64,000 nucleotides of DNA from Candidatus Fervidifonticultor secundus (GTDB lineage Bacteria > Sysuimicrobiota > Sysuimicrobiia > Sysuimicrobiales > Humicultoraceae), in assembly GCA_031459385.1 (NCBI GenBank), contig JAVKIP010000005.1:103216-167215 (forward strand), given 5' to 3'. Of this stretch, positions 29,508 to 40,283 are shown piece after piece. The notes under the pieces were generated by a model. That model had not been told where the DNA came from. It made no database searches and was given only the letters and a program-made list of their open reading frames with translations. Every line of letters starts with the position of its first letter. Positions within the stretch are counted from its first letter, which is position 1. A program made the position numbers and the translations under genes.

Positions 29508-30404
29508 TTACCTGAGGGCCTCGCGCACAGGCCGCCCCTGCCAGTCGCCGGGGGCCGGGAGGCCCAGCGCAGCCAGCACCGTCGCCGCCGTGTCGTAGGT
29601 GACGATCTCCCGCTCGATCGCCACCCCCGGCCGCGCCGCGCCGCCGAACGCCAGCCAGGGAATGGTCACGTCCTCGGGCCGGCTGGTGCCGTGAATCCGG
29701 CCGTGGCCGCCGTGATCGGCGGTGACCAGCAACAGGCTCTCGCTCCCGGCCCCGCCTGCGTCCAGCGCGCGCAGCAGCCGTTCCACCAGCGCGGGGATCC
29801 CGGCGATGACCTGGAGGTACTCCGGGCCCATCCAGCCGAACCGGTGCCCGGCGTCGTCGGGGTCCGCCACGTGCACGAAGAGCAGGGCGGGGCGCTGCGC
29901 CGCGAACACCGCCGCTGCCTCCTCGACCACGTCGGCCTGGCGGTAGCGCGGATAGACCAGGTGGCGCGCTGCGGCCACGCTGCCCGGCGGCATCAGCATG
30001 AGCAGCTTGCCCTTGGCAACCAGCCCGACCGCGCGCCTGCCCGCGCGGGTGACTTCGGTAAAGACCGTGGGCCGCTCGAAGTAGGGCTGCCCCACCTGCC
30101 AGTCGTTCACGCGCACGCCGTGCACGCCGGGGCCCACCCCCGAGAGCATGGACGCGTGCGCGGGCAGGGTGACGCTCGGCAACGTCGTCCGCGCCGTCCA
30201 CGAGACAGCGCCCCGTGCCGCCAGCGCCGGCGACATCGCGGCGCGCAGGGCGTCCGGGCGGGCGCCGTCCAGGCTCAGCACCACCACGTGTCGGGCGGGG
30301 AGGCCCGGGCTGCCCCGGCCCGGAGCCGCGGCGGCCAGTGCCAGCAGCGCCAGCGCAGCAGCCAGCATCGCGACGGCCAGCGCCGGGCGGACCGCGACGC
30401 GCAT
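29508..30404 (-). CDS. Secreted alkaline phosphatase/nucleotide pyrophosphatase-phosphodiesterase family protein
   Basis: Signal peptide, LSLDGAR, SVTLPAH, DDAGH, TADHGG. Confidence 0.88.
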   Translation of the reverse strand: MRVAVRPALAVAMLAAALALLALAAAAPGRGSPGLPARHVVVLSLDGARPDALRAAMSPALAARGAVSWTARTTLPSVTLPAHASMLSGVGPGVHGVRVNDWQVGQPYFERPTVFTEVTRAGRRAVGLVAKGKLLMLMPPGSVAAARHLVYPRYRQADVVEEAAAVFAAQRPALLFVHVADPDDAGHRFGWMGPEYLQVIAGIPALVERLLRALDAGGAGSESLLLVTADHGGHGRIHGTSRPEDVTIPWLAFGGAARPGVAIEREIVTYDTAATVLAALGLPAPGDWQGRPVREALR

Positions 30405-30408
30405 CGCC

Positions 30409-31515
30409 CTAGGCTCCGGCGGCCAGCTGCACCACCTCGCGCGCCGCCGCCTCGGGGTCGACGTGGGCGCGGATGCCGGCGTCCTGCAGGATCCTGCGCC
30501 CTTCCTCCTCGTTGGTCCCGGTCAGGCGCACGCTCATCGGCACGGCCGGCGGCCGGGCCGCGATGGCGCGGGCGATGTCGTCGCAGCGCGTGATCCCGCC
30601 GAAGATGTTGATGAGCAGCGCGCGCACGCCCGGCTTGCGCAGCACGATCTCCATCGCCGCCGCCATGTTCTCGGTGGTGGCGCCGCCGCCCACGTCCAGG
30701 AAGTTGGCGGGCCGGCCCCCAAAGTACGCCAGCATGTCCAGCGTGGACATCACCAGGCCGGCGCCGTTGCCGATCACGGCGATGTCGCCGTCGAGCTCGA
30801 CGTAGGCCAGATCCTGCGCGCGCGCCATCGCCTCCAGCGCGGTGAGCTCCTCGTTGCGCGGCAGGGTGGGGTGCCGGTCCGTGGCGTTGTCGTCGATGAC
30901 GACCTTGGCGTCGACGGCGAGCAGTGCGCCGCCGGCGACCGCCAGGGGGTTGATCTCGGCCAGCTCCGCGTCCATCTCGTGGCACAGGCGCCACAGGGCC
31001 CCGGCGATGTCGGCGAACTGCAGCAGCAGCCCGCCGGTCAGGCCCAGTCGCCGGCCGAGTTCGCGCGCCGCGAAGGGCGGGAAGCCCATCCAGGGATCGA
31101 CGTGGCGCTTGACGATGCGCTCGGGCGTCGTGCGGGCGACCTCTTCGATGTCGATGCCGCCGGCCGCCGAGCCGATGGCCACCATCTGGCGCGCGCTGCG
31201 GTCCACGGTGAAGGCCAGATAGTACTCAGCGGCGATCTCGGCCGCCTCGGCCACCAGCAGGCGACGCACGCGCTCCCCCTTGATCTCCATGCCGAGGATC
31301 CGCGCGGCCCGCTCCCGGGCCTCCGCGGGGGTCGAGGCCAGCGTGATGCCCCCGGCCTTGCCGCGGCCGCCCACGAGGACCTGGGCTTTGAGGACCACAG
31401 GGTACGCCAGCGCCGCCTCGTCGATCTGCGCAGGCCGCTCGAGGACGACCCCCCGCTGGATCGGGATGCCGTAGGACGCGAAGAGCTCCTTGGCTTGGTA
31501 CTCGTGCAGCTTCAC
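30409..31515 (-). CDS. sucC: Succinyl-CoA synthetase beta subunit
   Basis: LHEYQAK, KAQVLVGGRGKAGG, GNGAGL, NFLDVGGG; GTG at 31515. Confidence 0.97.
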   Translation of the reverse strand: MKLHEYQAKELFASYGIPIQRGVVLERPAQIDEAALAYPVVLKAQVLVGGRGKAGGITLASTPAEARERAARILGMEIKGERVRRLLVAEAAEIAAEYYLAFTVDRSARQMVAIGSAAGGIDIEEVARTTPERIVKRHVDPWMGFPPFAARELGRRLGLTGGLLLQFADIAGALWRLCHEMDAELAEINPLAVAGGALLAVDAKVVIDDNATDRHPTLPRNEELTALEAMARAQDLAYVELDGDIAVIGNGAGLVMSTLDMLAYFGGRPANFLDVGGGATTENMAAAMEIVLRKPGVRALLINIFGGITRCDDIARAIAARPPAVPMSVRLTGTNEEEGRRILQDAGIRAHVDPEAAAREVVQLAAGA

Positions 31516-31573
31516 ATGCGACCTCGACGCCTGGAGATCCCGCGCCCGCGGCCCGCGCGTCCGGCCTCCGGGT

Positions 31574-31801
31574 TCAGTGGGCGTGCGGCTGGTGCAGCCG
31601 GCAGCAGTCGGGCCCGCAAGGCGGCAGGGTGTCGCTGCGGGCGGCCACGGCGGCCCGCCCCACCGCAAAGGTGGAGACCAGGCGCCGCGCGCCCGGCGCA
31701 CCGCACGCCGCGCACGCCGGGGCGTCGGCCTCGCGGGCGGCGGCCACCAGGCGTTCGAACCGGTGGCCGCAGTGCGGGCAGTGGTACTCGTAGATCGGCA
31801 T
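31574..31801 (-). CDS. FmdB-family zinc-ribbon protein
   Basis: MPIYEYHCPHCG..CAACG. Confidence 0.88.
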   Translation of the reverse strand: MPIYEYHCPHCGHRFERLVAAAREADAPACAACGAPGARRLVSTFAVGRAAVAARSDTLPPCGPDCCRLHQPHAH

Positions 31802-31837
31802 GGCTCCCGTCCCTCCTGCGTGGCGTCGGCGCGCGCC

Positions 31838-32770
31838 CTAGACCTTCAGCGCCGCCAGCATCTCCCGCACGGCCGCGACCGAGGCGCGGAACGCCTGGCG
31901 CTCGGCGCTGTCCAGGGGCAGCTCGATGATGCGCTCCACGCCCCGGGCACCGAGGATTACGGGCACCCCCACGCACACGTCGCGCTCGCCGTACTCGCCG
32001 TCGAGGTAGACGCAGGAGGGGATGACCCGGCGGCTGTCGCGGAGGATCGCCTCCACCATCTCGCAGATGGCGGCGCCCGGCGCGGTGAAGGCGCTGGCCT
32101 TCATCAGCTCGGTGATCTCGGCGCCGCCGCGCCGCGTGCGGGCCACAACCGCTTCGAGCTCGGCCGGGGAGAGGAAGTGCGTGACCGGGATGCCCCGCAC
32201 CGTGGCGTACCGCGGCAGCGGCACCATGTCCTTGTCGGTGTGGGCGCCGATGACCAGAGCGTGCACGTCCTCGGGCGCCACGCCCAGCGCCTGCGCCAGG
32301 AACGTGCGGAAGCGGGTCGAGTCCAGCGCGCCTGACTCCCCGATCACCCGGTGACGTGGCAGCCCTGCGGCCTTGTAGGTCAGGTACGTGATGGCATCGA
32401 GGGGGTTGGTGACCACCAGGAGAATGGCCTCCGGCGAGGTGCGCGTCACCTGCTCCACCACGCCGCGGACGATGCCGGCGTTGGTGTCGATGAGCTGTTC
32501 GCGGGTCATCCCGGGTTTGCGGGCGATCCCTGCGGTGATCACCACCACCGCAGAGCCCGCCGTGGGCGCGTAGTCGTTCGTGCCGGTAACCTGCACGCTG
32601 AACCCGGCGATGGGCCCCGCCTGGAGGATGTCCAGCGCCTTCCCCTGGGGCAGGCCCTCGATGATGTCCACCAGCACCACGTCGGCCAGCTGGCGGCTCG
32701 CGATCCAGTGCGCCGCCGCCGTCCCGACCGTGCCGGCGCCGATGATGGAGACTTTCGGTCGCGCGGGCAT
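31838..32770 (-). CDS. mdh: Malate dehydrogenase (LDH-like)
   Basis: GAGTVG, ARKPGMTR, VTNPLD, LDSTRF. Confidence 0.95.
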   Translation of the reverse strand: MPARPKVSIIGAGTVGTAAAHWIASRQLADVVLVDIIEGLPQGKALDILQAGPIAGFSVQVTGTNDYAPTAGSAVVVITAGIARKPGMTREQLIDTNAGIVRGVVEQVTRTSPEAILLVVTNPLDAITYLTYKAAGLPRHRVIGESGALDSTRFRTFLAQALGVAPEDVHALVIGAHTDKDMVPLPRYATVRGIPVTHFLSPAELEAVVARTRRGGAEITELMKASAFTAPGAAICEMVEAILRDSRRVIPSCVYLDGEYGERDVCVGVPVILGARGVERIIELPLDSAERQAFRASVAAVREMLAALKV

Positions 32771-32782
32771 CGCAGGCCCCCT

Positions 32783-34030
32783 CTACGGCATGTTGTCGAT
32801 GACGGCTGTCGCGAACTCGCTGGTCTTCACTTCCCGGGCCCCGTCCATCAGCCGGGCCAGGTCGTACGTCACGACCTTCTGCCGGAACGTCTTCTCCATC
32901 CCCTTGATGATCAGGTCGGCGGCCTCCTGCCAGCCCAGGTACTCCAGCATCATGACCCCCGACAGCGTCAGCGATCCCGGGTTGACCTTGTCCTGGTTGG
33001 CGTATTTGGGCGCCGTGCCGTGGGTGGCTTCGAAGATGGCGTGGAAGTCGCTGACGTTGGCGCCGGGCGCCATGCCGATGCCCCCCACCTGGGCGGCCAC
33101 GGCGTCAGAGAGGTAGTCGCCGTTGAGGTTGCTAGTGGCGATGACGTCGAAGTCCTGCGGCCGGGTCAGCACGTGCTGGAACGTGACGTCGGCGATGTAG
33201 TCCTGGAGCAGGATCTTGCCCTCAGGCACCCGTCCCCCGTGGGCCTGCTGGACCTCGTCCCAGGTGATGGTCACCTCGCCGAACTCCTCCTTCGCCAGCT
33301 CGTACCCCCACCTGGCGAACGCGCCCTCGGTGTACTTCTGGATGTTCCCCTTGTGCATGAACGTCACGCTGCGGCGCCCGTGCTCCACCGCGTACCGGAT
33401 CGCCTTGCGCACCAGCCGCTTGGTGCCAAAGGGGCTCATGGGCTTCAGACCCACGCCTGAGTCGGCGCGGATCTTCCACCCGAACTCTCTCGCCACGAAC
33501 TCGATGAGCTTGCGGGCCTCGGGGGATCCCGACGGCCACTCGTAGCCCACGTAGATGTCCTCGGAGTTTTCGCGGAAGATCACCATGTTCACCAGGTCGG
33601 GCCGCCGGACCGGGCTGGGGACCCCCTCGAACCAGCGCACCGGCCGGATGCAGCAGTAGAGGTCCAGCAGCTGGCGCAGCGCGACGTTCAGGCTGCGGAA
33701 CCCGCCGCCGATGGGCGTGGTCAGCGGCCCCTTGATGCCCACGATGTAGTGCTGGAACGCCCGCAGGGTGTCCTCGGGCAACCAGGTCTTGAAGGTAGTG
33801 AAGGACTTCTCGCCGGCAAAGACCTCGAACCAGACGATGCGCCGGCGGCCGCCGTAGGCCCGGTGCACGGCGGCATCGAAGATCCGGCTGGCGGCCCGCC
33901 AGATGTCCGGCCCGGTGCCGTCGCCCTCGATGTAGGGAATGATCGGCTGGTCGGGCACGACGAGCCGACCGTCCGCGATCTCAATCCGCCGCCCCTCCGC
34001 GGGGGGCGTGAGCAGTTCGAGCTGGAGCAT
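32783..34030 (-). CDS. icd: Isocitrate dehydrogenase (homodimeric, E. coli-type)
   Basis: [45 protein letters not shown]. Confidence 0.97.
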   Translation of the reverse strand: MLQLELLTPPAEGRRIEIADGRLVVPDQPIIPYIEGDGTGPDIWRAASRIFDAAVHRAYGGRRRIVWFEVFAGEKSFTTFKTWLPEDTLRAFQHYIVGIKGPLTTPIGGGFRSLNVALRQLLDLYCCIRPVRWFEGVPSPVRRPDLVNMVIFRENSEDIYVGYEWPSGSPEARKLIEFVAREFGWKIRADSGVGLKPMSPFGTKRLVRKAIRYAVEHGRRSVTFMHKGNIQKYTEGAFARWGYELAKEEFGEVTITWDEVQQAHGGRVPEGKILLQDYIADVTFQHVLTRPQDFDVIATSNLNGDYLSDAVAAQVGGIGMAPGANVSDFHAIFEATHGTAPKYANQDKVNPGSLTLSGVMMLEYLGWQEAADLIIKGMEKTFRQKVVTYDLARLMDGAREVKTSEFATAVIDNMP

Positions 34031-34261
34031 GCGTCACCGTCCTCTGGCGCCGTGCCGGCGTGGACGCTCTCGGAGGGGATGTCCCGCCTCACTGTACCCC
34101 AAAGCCCATGGCCGTTCAAGGCGACGAATCGCGGCGCAGCGCGCCCGTCCGGCGTCGCCGCGCACTCCTGCGGCGCCCCGGCGTCCGCAGGCGGCAACAG
34201 GAGCGTCGCGCGCCGGCACCGAAAACGTTCAAAGCGCAGACTCGACGACGGGGAGGGTCCT

Positions 34262-34618
34262 GTGTACCGTGGGTCGCCAGGCATGCTGGCCTGGGTGCTG
34301 CACCGCATCACCGGCGTGGCCGTGCTCCTCTTCCTCTTTGCACACATCCTCGAGACGTCGATGCTGGGGCTGGGGCCCGAGGCGTACAACAGGACCCTGG
34401 AGATCTACCGCCAGCCCTGGTTCAAGCCCCTGGAGTTCCTGCTGGTGGCGGCCGTGCTCTACCACGCCGGCAACGGGATCGTGGTCATGCTCCTGGACTT
34501 CTGGCCTGCCACGACGCGCCGCTACCGCCGGATGTTCTGGATCGGGGCCGGCGTCTACGTCCTGGCGCTCGTCCCCGTCGCCTACCTCATGCTCGGGAAG
34601 CTGGTGGGGCTGCGATGA
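34262..34618 (+). CDS. sdhC: Succinate dehydrogenase cytochrome b556 subunit
   Basis: WVLHRITG, AHIL, YHAGNG heme-ligand His motifs; GTG at 34262. Confidence 0.9.
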   Translation: MYRGSPGMLAWVLHRITGVAVLLFLFAHILETSMLGLGPEAYNRTLEIYRQPWFKPLEFLLVAAVLYHAGNGIVVMLLDFWPATTRRYRRMFWIGAGVYVLALVPVAYLMLGKLVGLR

Positions 34619-35004
34619 TCGCGCGGCCGACCTCGCGTGGCGTCCGGCCCTCCGGCGGGCTGCCGCTCTACCTGTGGTTCTACATGCGCGTCTCGGCCGT
34701 GGCGATGCTCGGCCTGGTCATCGGCCACCTGTACATCATGCACGTCATCAACTCTACCGATACCATCGACTTCCAGTTCGTGGCGCAGCGCTTTCGCGGG
34801 CCGTTCTGGCGCGCCTACGACCTCCTCATCCTCCTCTTTGCCCTCTCCCACGGCCTGATCGGGCTGCGGGGCATCCTCGACGACTACATCCATCATCGCG
34901 GCTGGCGCGTGGCGGCCGAGATCGCCCTGTGGATCGTGGGCGCCGCCTTCGCCGGACTGGGCGCCCTGGTGCTCTTCACGCTGCAGTTTCCGTCGGGCGC
35001 GTAA
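34615..35004 (+). CDS. sdhD: Succinate dehydrogenase hydrophobic anchor subunit
   Basis: WFYMRVS, GHLYIMH, HGLIGLRGILDDY. Confidence 0.9.
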   Translation: MIARPTSRGVRPSGGLPLYLWFYMRVSAVAMLGLVIGHLYIMHVINSTDTIDFQFVAQRFRGPFWRAYDLLILLFALSHGLIGLRGILDDYIHHRGWRVAAEIALWIVGAAFAGLGALVLFTLQFPSGA

Positions 35005-35058
35005 CGCCGGCCGCCGGCCGGGCGCCCGGCCGGCCCGAACGCCGAGGAGGACCGCCGC

Positions 35059-36480
35059 ATGGAGACGACCGATATCCGCACGCGCACCGAGCGCGACTCG
35101 CTGGGCCCCATGGAGGTGCCCGCCGATGCCTACTACGGCGCCTCCACTGCCCGCGCCATCCAGAACTTCCCCATCAGCGGGCTGCGCTTCCCCCGGCCCT
35201 TCCTCCGGGCGCTGGGCCTGATCAAGCGGGCCGCCGCCGAGGTGAACGCCGCCCTGGGGCTGCTGGAGCCCCGCCTGGCGGAGGCGATCGCCCGCGCGGC
35301 GCAGGACGTCGCCGACGGCGCACTGGACGCCCACTTCCCGCTGGACATCTACCAGACCGGGTCGGGGACGTCCACGAACATGAACGCCAACGAGGTGATC
35401 GCCAACCGGGCTGCCGAACTGCTGGGGGCCCCGCGGGGGGGCCGGGTGGTCCACCCCAACGACCACGTGAACCTCTGCCAGTCCAGCAACGACGTCATTC
35501 CCACCGCCATCCACCTGGCGGCGCTGCTCGTGATCCGTGACGACCTGCGCCCGGCCCTGGACGAGCTGGAGCAGGCCCTGCGCGCCAAGGCCGCCGCCTT
35601 CGCCGGCATCATCAAGACCGGCCGCACGCACCTGATGGACGCGACGCCGGTGCGGCTCGGGCAGGAGTTCACCGGCTATGCCGACCAGGTGGCCGGCGCC
35701 CGGCGGCGGCTGGGGTACGCCGAGACCGAGCTGCGCGAGGTGGCGCTGGGCGGCACGGCGGTCGGCACGGGCGTGAACGCCCACCCCGAGTTCGCCGCGC
35801 GCACCTGCGCCCGCCTCACCGACCTGACCGGCATCGCCGTCCACGAGACGCCGGCGCACTTCCAGGCCCAGGCCTGCCTGGACGCCGTGACCTTCACCTC
35901 GGGCGTCCTCCGCACCTACGCCACGGCGCTGATCAAGATCGCCAATGACATCCGGTGGATGGGCTCGGGGCCCCGTGCTGGCCTGGCCGAGCTGCAGCTG
36001 CCGGCGGTGCAGCCCGGCTCGTCCATCATGCCCGGGAAGGTCAACCCCGTGATTCCCGAGTCGGTGATCCAGGCGTGCGCCCAGGTCGTGGGCAACGACG
36101 TGGTGGTAGCGCTCAGCAATCAGTGGGGCACCTTCGAGCTGAACACGATGATGCCGGTGGCCGCCTATAACCTCCTGCAGGCGCTCCAGCTCCTGGCGGC
36201 CTCGTCGCGCAACTTCGCGCGACAGTGCATCGCGGGGCTGGAGGCGACGATGCGCGGACCCGAGATGGTCGAACGCGGGCTGATGCTGGCCACGGCCCTG
36301 GCCCCGGTCATCGGGTACGACGCGGCGGCCGAGATCGCCAAGGAAGCCGCGCGTACGGGCCGCACGATCCGTGAGGTGGCACAAGAGCGCACTGCGCTGG
36401 CCCCCGAGGAGCTGGATCGCATCCTGGACCCGGCTGCCATGACGGAGCCGGGGCTCCGCGGGCTTGCAGGCGGCGGCTGA
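35059..36480 (+). CDS. fumC: Class II fumarate hydratase
   Basis: [30 protein letters not shown]. Confidence 0.96.
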   Translation: METTDIRTRTERDSLGPMEVPADAYYGASTARAIQNFPISGLRFPRPFLRALGLIKRAAAEVNAALGLLEPRLAEAIARAAQDVADGALDAHFPLDIYQTGSGTSTNMNANEVIANRAAELLGAPRGGRVVHPNDHVNLCQSSNDVIPTAIHLAALLVIRDDLRPALDELEQALRAKAAAFAGIIKTGRTHLMDATPVRLGQEFTGYADQVAGARRRLGYAETELREVALGGTAVGTGVNAHPEFAARTCARLTDLTGIAVHETPAHFQAQACLDAVTFTSGVLRTYATALIKIANDIRWMGSGPRAGLAELQLPAVQPGSSIMPGKVNPVIPESVIQACAQVVGNDVVVALSNQWGTFELNTMMPVAAYNLLQALQLLAASSRNFARQCIAGLEATMRGPEMVERGLMLATALAPVIGYDAAAEIAKEAARTGRTIREVAQERTALAPEELDRILDPAAMTEPGLRGLAGGG

Positions 36481-36482
36481 GC

Positions 36483-38225
36483 GTGATCGAGCGGGAACAC
36501 GATGTGCTCATCATCGGCGGAGGCGGCGCCGGGCTGCGGGCCGCCATCGCCATCGCCGAGCGCGATTCCCGGCTGGACGTCGCCATCGTGTCGAAGGTCT
36601 ACCCCATGCGCAGCCACACCGTCTCGGCCGAGGGCGGCGCCGCGGCGGTGATCAAGCCCGGCGACTCCCTCGAGGCGCACATCGAGGACACCATCACCGG
36701 CGCGGACTGGCTGGCCGACCAGGACGCCGTCGAGCTCTTCGTCCGGGAGGCGCCCCGCGAGATGGTGCAGCTCGAGCACTGGGGCTGCCCGTGGAGCCGA
36801 GCGGCGGACGGCTCGGTCGCGGTGCGCCCCTTCGGCGGGATGCGGATCGAGCGCACCTGGTTCGCGGCCGACAAGACCGGCTTCCACATGCTCCACACGC
36901 TCTTCCAGACCGCCCTGAAGCACGCGACCATCACGTGGTACCACGAGTGGTTCGCGACGCGCCTGCTGGTCGAGGACGGCCGCTGCCAGGGCGCGACCGC
37001 CCTCGAGCTGCGCACCGGCGCGCTCCACCTCATCGCGGCCCGTGCCGTGATCCTCTGCACCGGCGGCGCTGGGCGCATCTACCCCTTCACCACCAACGGC
37101 GCCATCTGCACCGGCGATGGCATGGCGCTGGCCTACCGGGCCGGCGTGCCCCTCAAGGACCTGGAGTTCGTGCAGTACCACCCCACCGGGCTGCCGCCCA
37201 CGGGCATCTTGATCACGGAGGCTGCGCGGTCGGAAGGCGGGATCTTGATCAACAAGGACGGCTACCGGTACCTTCAGGACTACGGCCTGGGGCCGGCCGA
37301 GCCCTGGCCGCGCCTGCGCGCCATGGAGATGGGCCCCCGCGACCGGTTGTCGCAGGCGTTCGTGCACGAGATGCGCAAGGGCCGCACGGTGACGGGACCC
37401 TACGGCGACGTCGTGCACCTCGACCTCCGCCACCTGGGCGAGCAGAAGATCCGCGAACGGCTCCCGTTCGTCCGCGAGCTGTGCCTCCACTACGCCGGCA
37501 TCGATCCGGCCCGCGAGTTGATCCCGGTGCGGCCGGTCGTGCACTACATGATGGGCGGGATCCACACCGACCCCCACGGGGCCACGCCGCTGCCGGGCCT
37601 GTTTGCCGCGGGCGAGTGCGCGTGCGTCAGCATCAACGGTGCCAACCGGTTGGGCTCGAACTCGCTGCCCGAGCTGCTGGTCTTCGGCGCCCGGGCCGGG
37701 CAGGCTGCGGCCGCCTTCGCCCTGGAGCACCGCGACCTGCGGCTGTCGGTGCTGGCGGCCCAGGCGCGCGACGAGGACGAGCGCCTGGCCCGCCGGTTCC
37801 GCCGCGCCACCGGCGGCACCGAGCGCCTGGGGCGGCTACGCGCCGAGCTGACCCAGACCATGGAGGAGGGGTGCGGCATCTACCGCGACGCCGCCGGCCT
37901 GCGCGCCACCTGCGATCGGCTGGCCGGGCTGCGCGAGCGCTTCGAGCGCGTCGCCCTCGACGACCTCTCGCGCGCCTACAACACCGAGCTCGTCGCCGCG
38001 CTGGAGCTCGACTACATGCTGGACGTGGCGCAGGCGGTGGCGCACTCGGCGCTGGCGCGCGAGGAGTCGCGCGGCTCCCACCAGCGCACCGACTTCCCGC
38101 GGCGCGACGACGAGCGATTCCTCAAGCACACGCTGGCCTTTGCGACGGACGGGGCGCCCCGTATCTCCTTCCTCGACGTGGTGATCACGCGCTGGCCGCC
38201 CGCCGAGCGCGTCTACGGCCGCTAG
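36483..38225 (+). CDS. frdA: Fumarate reductase flavoprotein (E. coli-type)
   Basis: [38 protein letters not shown]. Confidence 0.92.
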   Translation: MIEREHDVLIIGGGGAGLRAAIAIAERDSRLDVAIVSKVYPMRSHTVSAEGGAAAVIKPGDSLEAHIEDTITGADWLADQDAVELFVREAPREMVQLEHWGCPWSRAADGSVAVRPFGGMRIERTWFAADKTGFHMLHTLFQTALKHATITWYHEWFATRLLVEDGRCQGATALELRTGALHLIAARAVILCTGGAGRIYPFTTNGAICTGDGMALAYRAGVPLKDLEFVQYHPTGLPPTGILITEAARSEGGILINKDGYRYLQDYGLGPAEPWPRLRAMEMGPRDRLSQAFVHEMRKGRTVTGPYGDVVHLDLRHLGEQKIRERLPFVRELCLHYAGIDPARELIPVRPVVHYMMGGIHTDPHGATPLPGLFAAGECACVSINGANRLGSNSLPELLVFGARAGQAAAAFALEHRDLRLSVLAAQARDEDERLARRFRRATGGTERLGRLRAELTQTMEEGCGIYRDAAGLRATCDRLAGLRERFERVALDDLSRAYNTELVAALELDYMLDVAQAVAHSALAREESRGSHQRTDFPRRDDERFLKHTLAFATDGAPRISFLDVVITRWPPAERVYGR

Positions 38226-38229
38226 GGCG

Positions 38230-38973
38230 ATGCGCGAGCCGACCATCACCCTGGACGTGTGGCGCTACCGGCCGGAGCGCGACGCGGCCCCGAGCTTCCA
38301 GTCCTTCCAAATCCCCTACCGGCCCGACTGGGTGGTCCTCGACGCCTTGAACTACATCAAGGACCACGTGGACGGCAGCGTGGCGTTCCGCTGGTCGTGC
38401 CGGATGGGGGTCTGCGGCTCGTGCGGGATGATGATCAACGGGGTGCCGCGGCTGTCGTGCGCCGCGTTCCTCAAGGACTACTACCCCCGCCCGGTACGGG
38501 TCGAGCCGCTGGCCAACTTTCCGGTCGAGCGCGACCTGATCATCGACCTCACCGACTTCATGGAGAAGCTGCCGGCGGTGCGGCCCTGGATCATCCGGCA
38601 GGACGCGGGGAGGCCGGACGCGGAGTTCCGGCAGACACCGGCGCAGCTCGAGGCCTACCGGCAGTTCAGCATGTGCATCAACTGCCTGCTCTGCTACGCG
38701 GCCTGCCCGGTCTATGCCCTGGAGCCGCGCTTCCTCGGGCCCGCGGCGCTGGCGCTGGCGGCGCGCTACAACCTCGACTCGCGCGACGAGGGCCGCGCCG
38801 AACGCCACGAGGTGGTGGCCGGGCCCGACGGGGTATGGGACTGCACGTTCGTGGGCGAGTGCACCACGGTCTGCCCCAAGGACGTGGACCCCGCCGGCGC
38901 GATCCAGCGCCTCAAGCTGGCCAGTGCCCTGGAGTGGGCCCGCGGCCTGCTCCTGCCCTGGGGCCGGCGATGA
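38230..38973 (+). CDS. frdB: Fumarate reductase iron-sulfur subunit
   Basis: [38 protein letters not shown]. Confidence 0.92.
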   Translation: MREPTITLDVWRYRPERDAAPSFQSFQIPYRPDWVVLDALNYIKDHVDGSVAFRWSCRMGVCGSCGMMINGVPRLSCAAFLKDYYPRPVRVEPLANFPVERDLIIDLTDFMEKLPAVRPWIIRQDAGRPDAEFRQTPAQLEAYRQFSMCINCLLCYAACPVYALEPRFLGPAALALAARYNLDSRDEGRAERHEVVAGPDGVWDCTFVGECTTVCPKDVDPAGAIQRLKLASALEWARGLLLPWGRR

Positions 38974-39356
38974 CGCCCTACCGGCGGCCGGTGCGGTTCA
39001 CCTGGTGGTGGGGGCACCGGGCCTACACGCTCTTCGTGGCACGCGAGCTGACCAGCATCTTCGTGGCCGCCACCGCGCTGGTGCTGCTCGGGTTCGCCTG
39101 GACCGCGGCGCAGGGCCGCGAGGCATACGAGGCCTACGTGGGGCTCGTGAGCCGGCCGGGGGCCGCCCTCTTCCACGCCGTGGCCCTGGTGGCGGTCACC
39201 TACCACGCTGTCACCTGGTGGATGCTCGCGCCGCGCGCGGCCGCGGTCCGCGTGGGCGGGCGGCGCCTGCCGCCCCGCGCCGTCCTGCGCGGCGCGTACG
39301 CCGCGTGGGCCGTGGCGTCGGCGGTCGTCGCCTGGCTCGTGCTGCGGGGAGCGTGA
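38970..39356 (+). CDS. frdC: Fumarate reductase subunit C
   Basis: YRRPV..WW..Y...[13 protein letters not shown]. Confidence 0.87.
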   Translation: MTPYRRPVRFTWWWGHRAYTLFVARELTSIFVAATALVLLGFAWTAAQGREAYEAYVGLVSRPGAALFHAVALVAVTYHAVTWWMLAPRAAAVRVGGRRLPPRAVLRGAYAAWAVASAVVAWLVLRGA

Positions 39357-39757
39357 TGGCGCGCGCCTCTACCCTCGCTCACCCCCGCGGCCGGCTGCCC
39401 GCCGGCGAGGTCGAGCGCTCGACCGAGCCCCTGTGGTGGCTGCTCTTCGCTTCGGGCGGCACGGTGGCCGCGCTGGTGCTCCCCGTCCACGCGCTGCTGC
39501 ACCTGGGGCTGGCGCTGGGTCTGGCAGGCGACGTCTTCGCCTACGACCGGGTGGCGCGGCTGGCCGCGCACCCGCTGGGCCGGCTGTACCTGACCGCGGT
39601 GGTGGCCCTGGCGCTCTTCCACTGGGCCCACCGGTTCCGCTACACGCTGGCCGAGGGGCTGCGCCTGAAGGCGTCGTGGGTCCCCATCCCCCTGGTCTGC
39701 TACGGGGCCGCCCTGCTCGGGGTGGCCCTCACCGTGTTGCGGCTGTTCTTCCCGTAG
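39356..39757 (+). CDS. frdD: Fumarate reductase subunit D
   Basis: RSTEPLWWLLFASGG..AL..P, FHWAHRF, CYG. Confidence 0.88.
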   Translation: MARASTLAHPRGRLPAGEVERSTEPLWWLLFASGGTVAALVLPVHALLHLGLALGLAGDVFAYDRVARLAAHPLGRLYLTAVVALALFHWAHRFRYTLAEGLRLKASWVPIPLVCYGAALLGVALTVLRLFFP

Positions 39758-39926
39758 CCTCCCGCGCGCGCCGGCGTGCCGCGGCGCAGGCGTTGGCGCC
39801 GCCCGAGTGGAATCTCTGACAGGGGCCGGCCGACGTCAGCGCGACGCGGCACCTGAGGCTCCCGATGGCCGGGATGCGGCCGCGTCGTGCGGCGTGTGCC
39901 CGGCCGGGGACGAGCGGGAGGAGGCC

Positions 39927-40283
39927 ATGCTGCGGGTCATCCACGCGTATAACGTGAAGCCGGGTGTGGACGAACGGGCCTTCGTCGAATGGCTGGACAG
40001 CCAGCTGGACGAGGTCACGCGTCGCTTCGGCTGCATCGGCCGGAAGACCTGGGTGTTCCTCGACGGCTTCGAGGGGCGCTACGAGAGCCAGCGTCCCGTC
40101 CGTCGGCCGCGCTACCTCAACGAGGCGTTCTGGGTCGGCGAGGAGGCCGCCAACAACTTCCGCACGTGGCTGCTCTCGCCGGAGGGCGCCGAGCTGCGCC
40201 GCCGCTGGTTCGAGTCGATCACGGACCACACGGTGCTGCGCTACGTGGACTACGCCCTGTCGCCGGTGGTGACCGATGATTGA
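39927..40283 (+). CDS. Hypothetical protein, possible dimeric alpha/beta barrel (ABM/EthD-like) fold
   Basis: GGAGGAGG RBS; YNVKPGVDE.AF.EW pattern; overlaps the sdhA start. Confidence 0.8.
   Translation: MLRVIHAYNVKPGVDERAFVEWLDSQLDEVTRRFGCIGRKTWVFLDGFEGRYESQRPVRRPRYLNEAFWVGEEAANNFRTWLLSPEGAELRRRWFESITDHTVLRYVDYALSPVVTDD

Noticed and set aside
34219..34233. GAAAACGTTC, a cre/LacI-like half-palindrome between icd and sdhC
   Set aside because: Several mismatches to consensus and a single occurrence; cannot be supported
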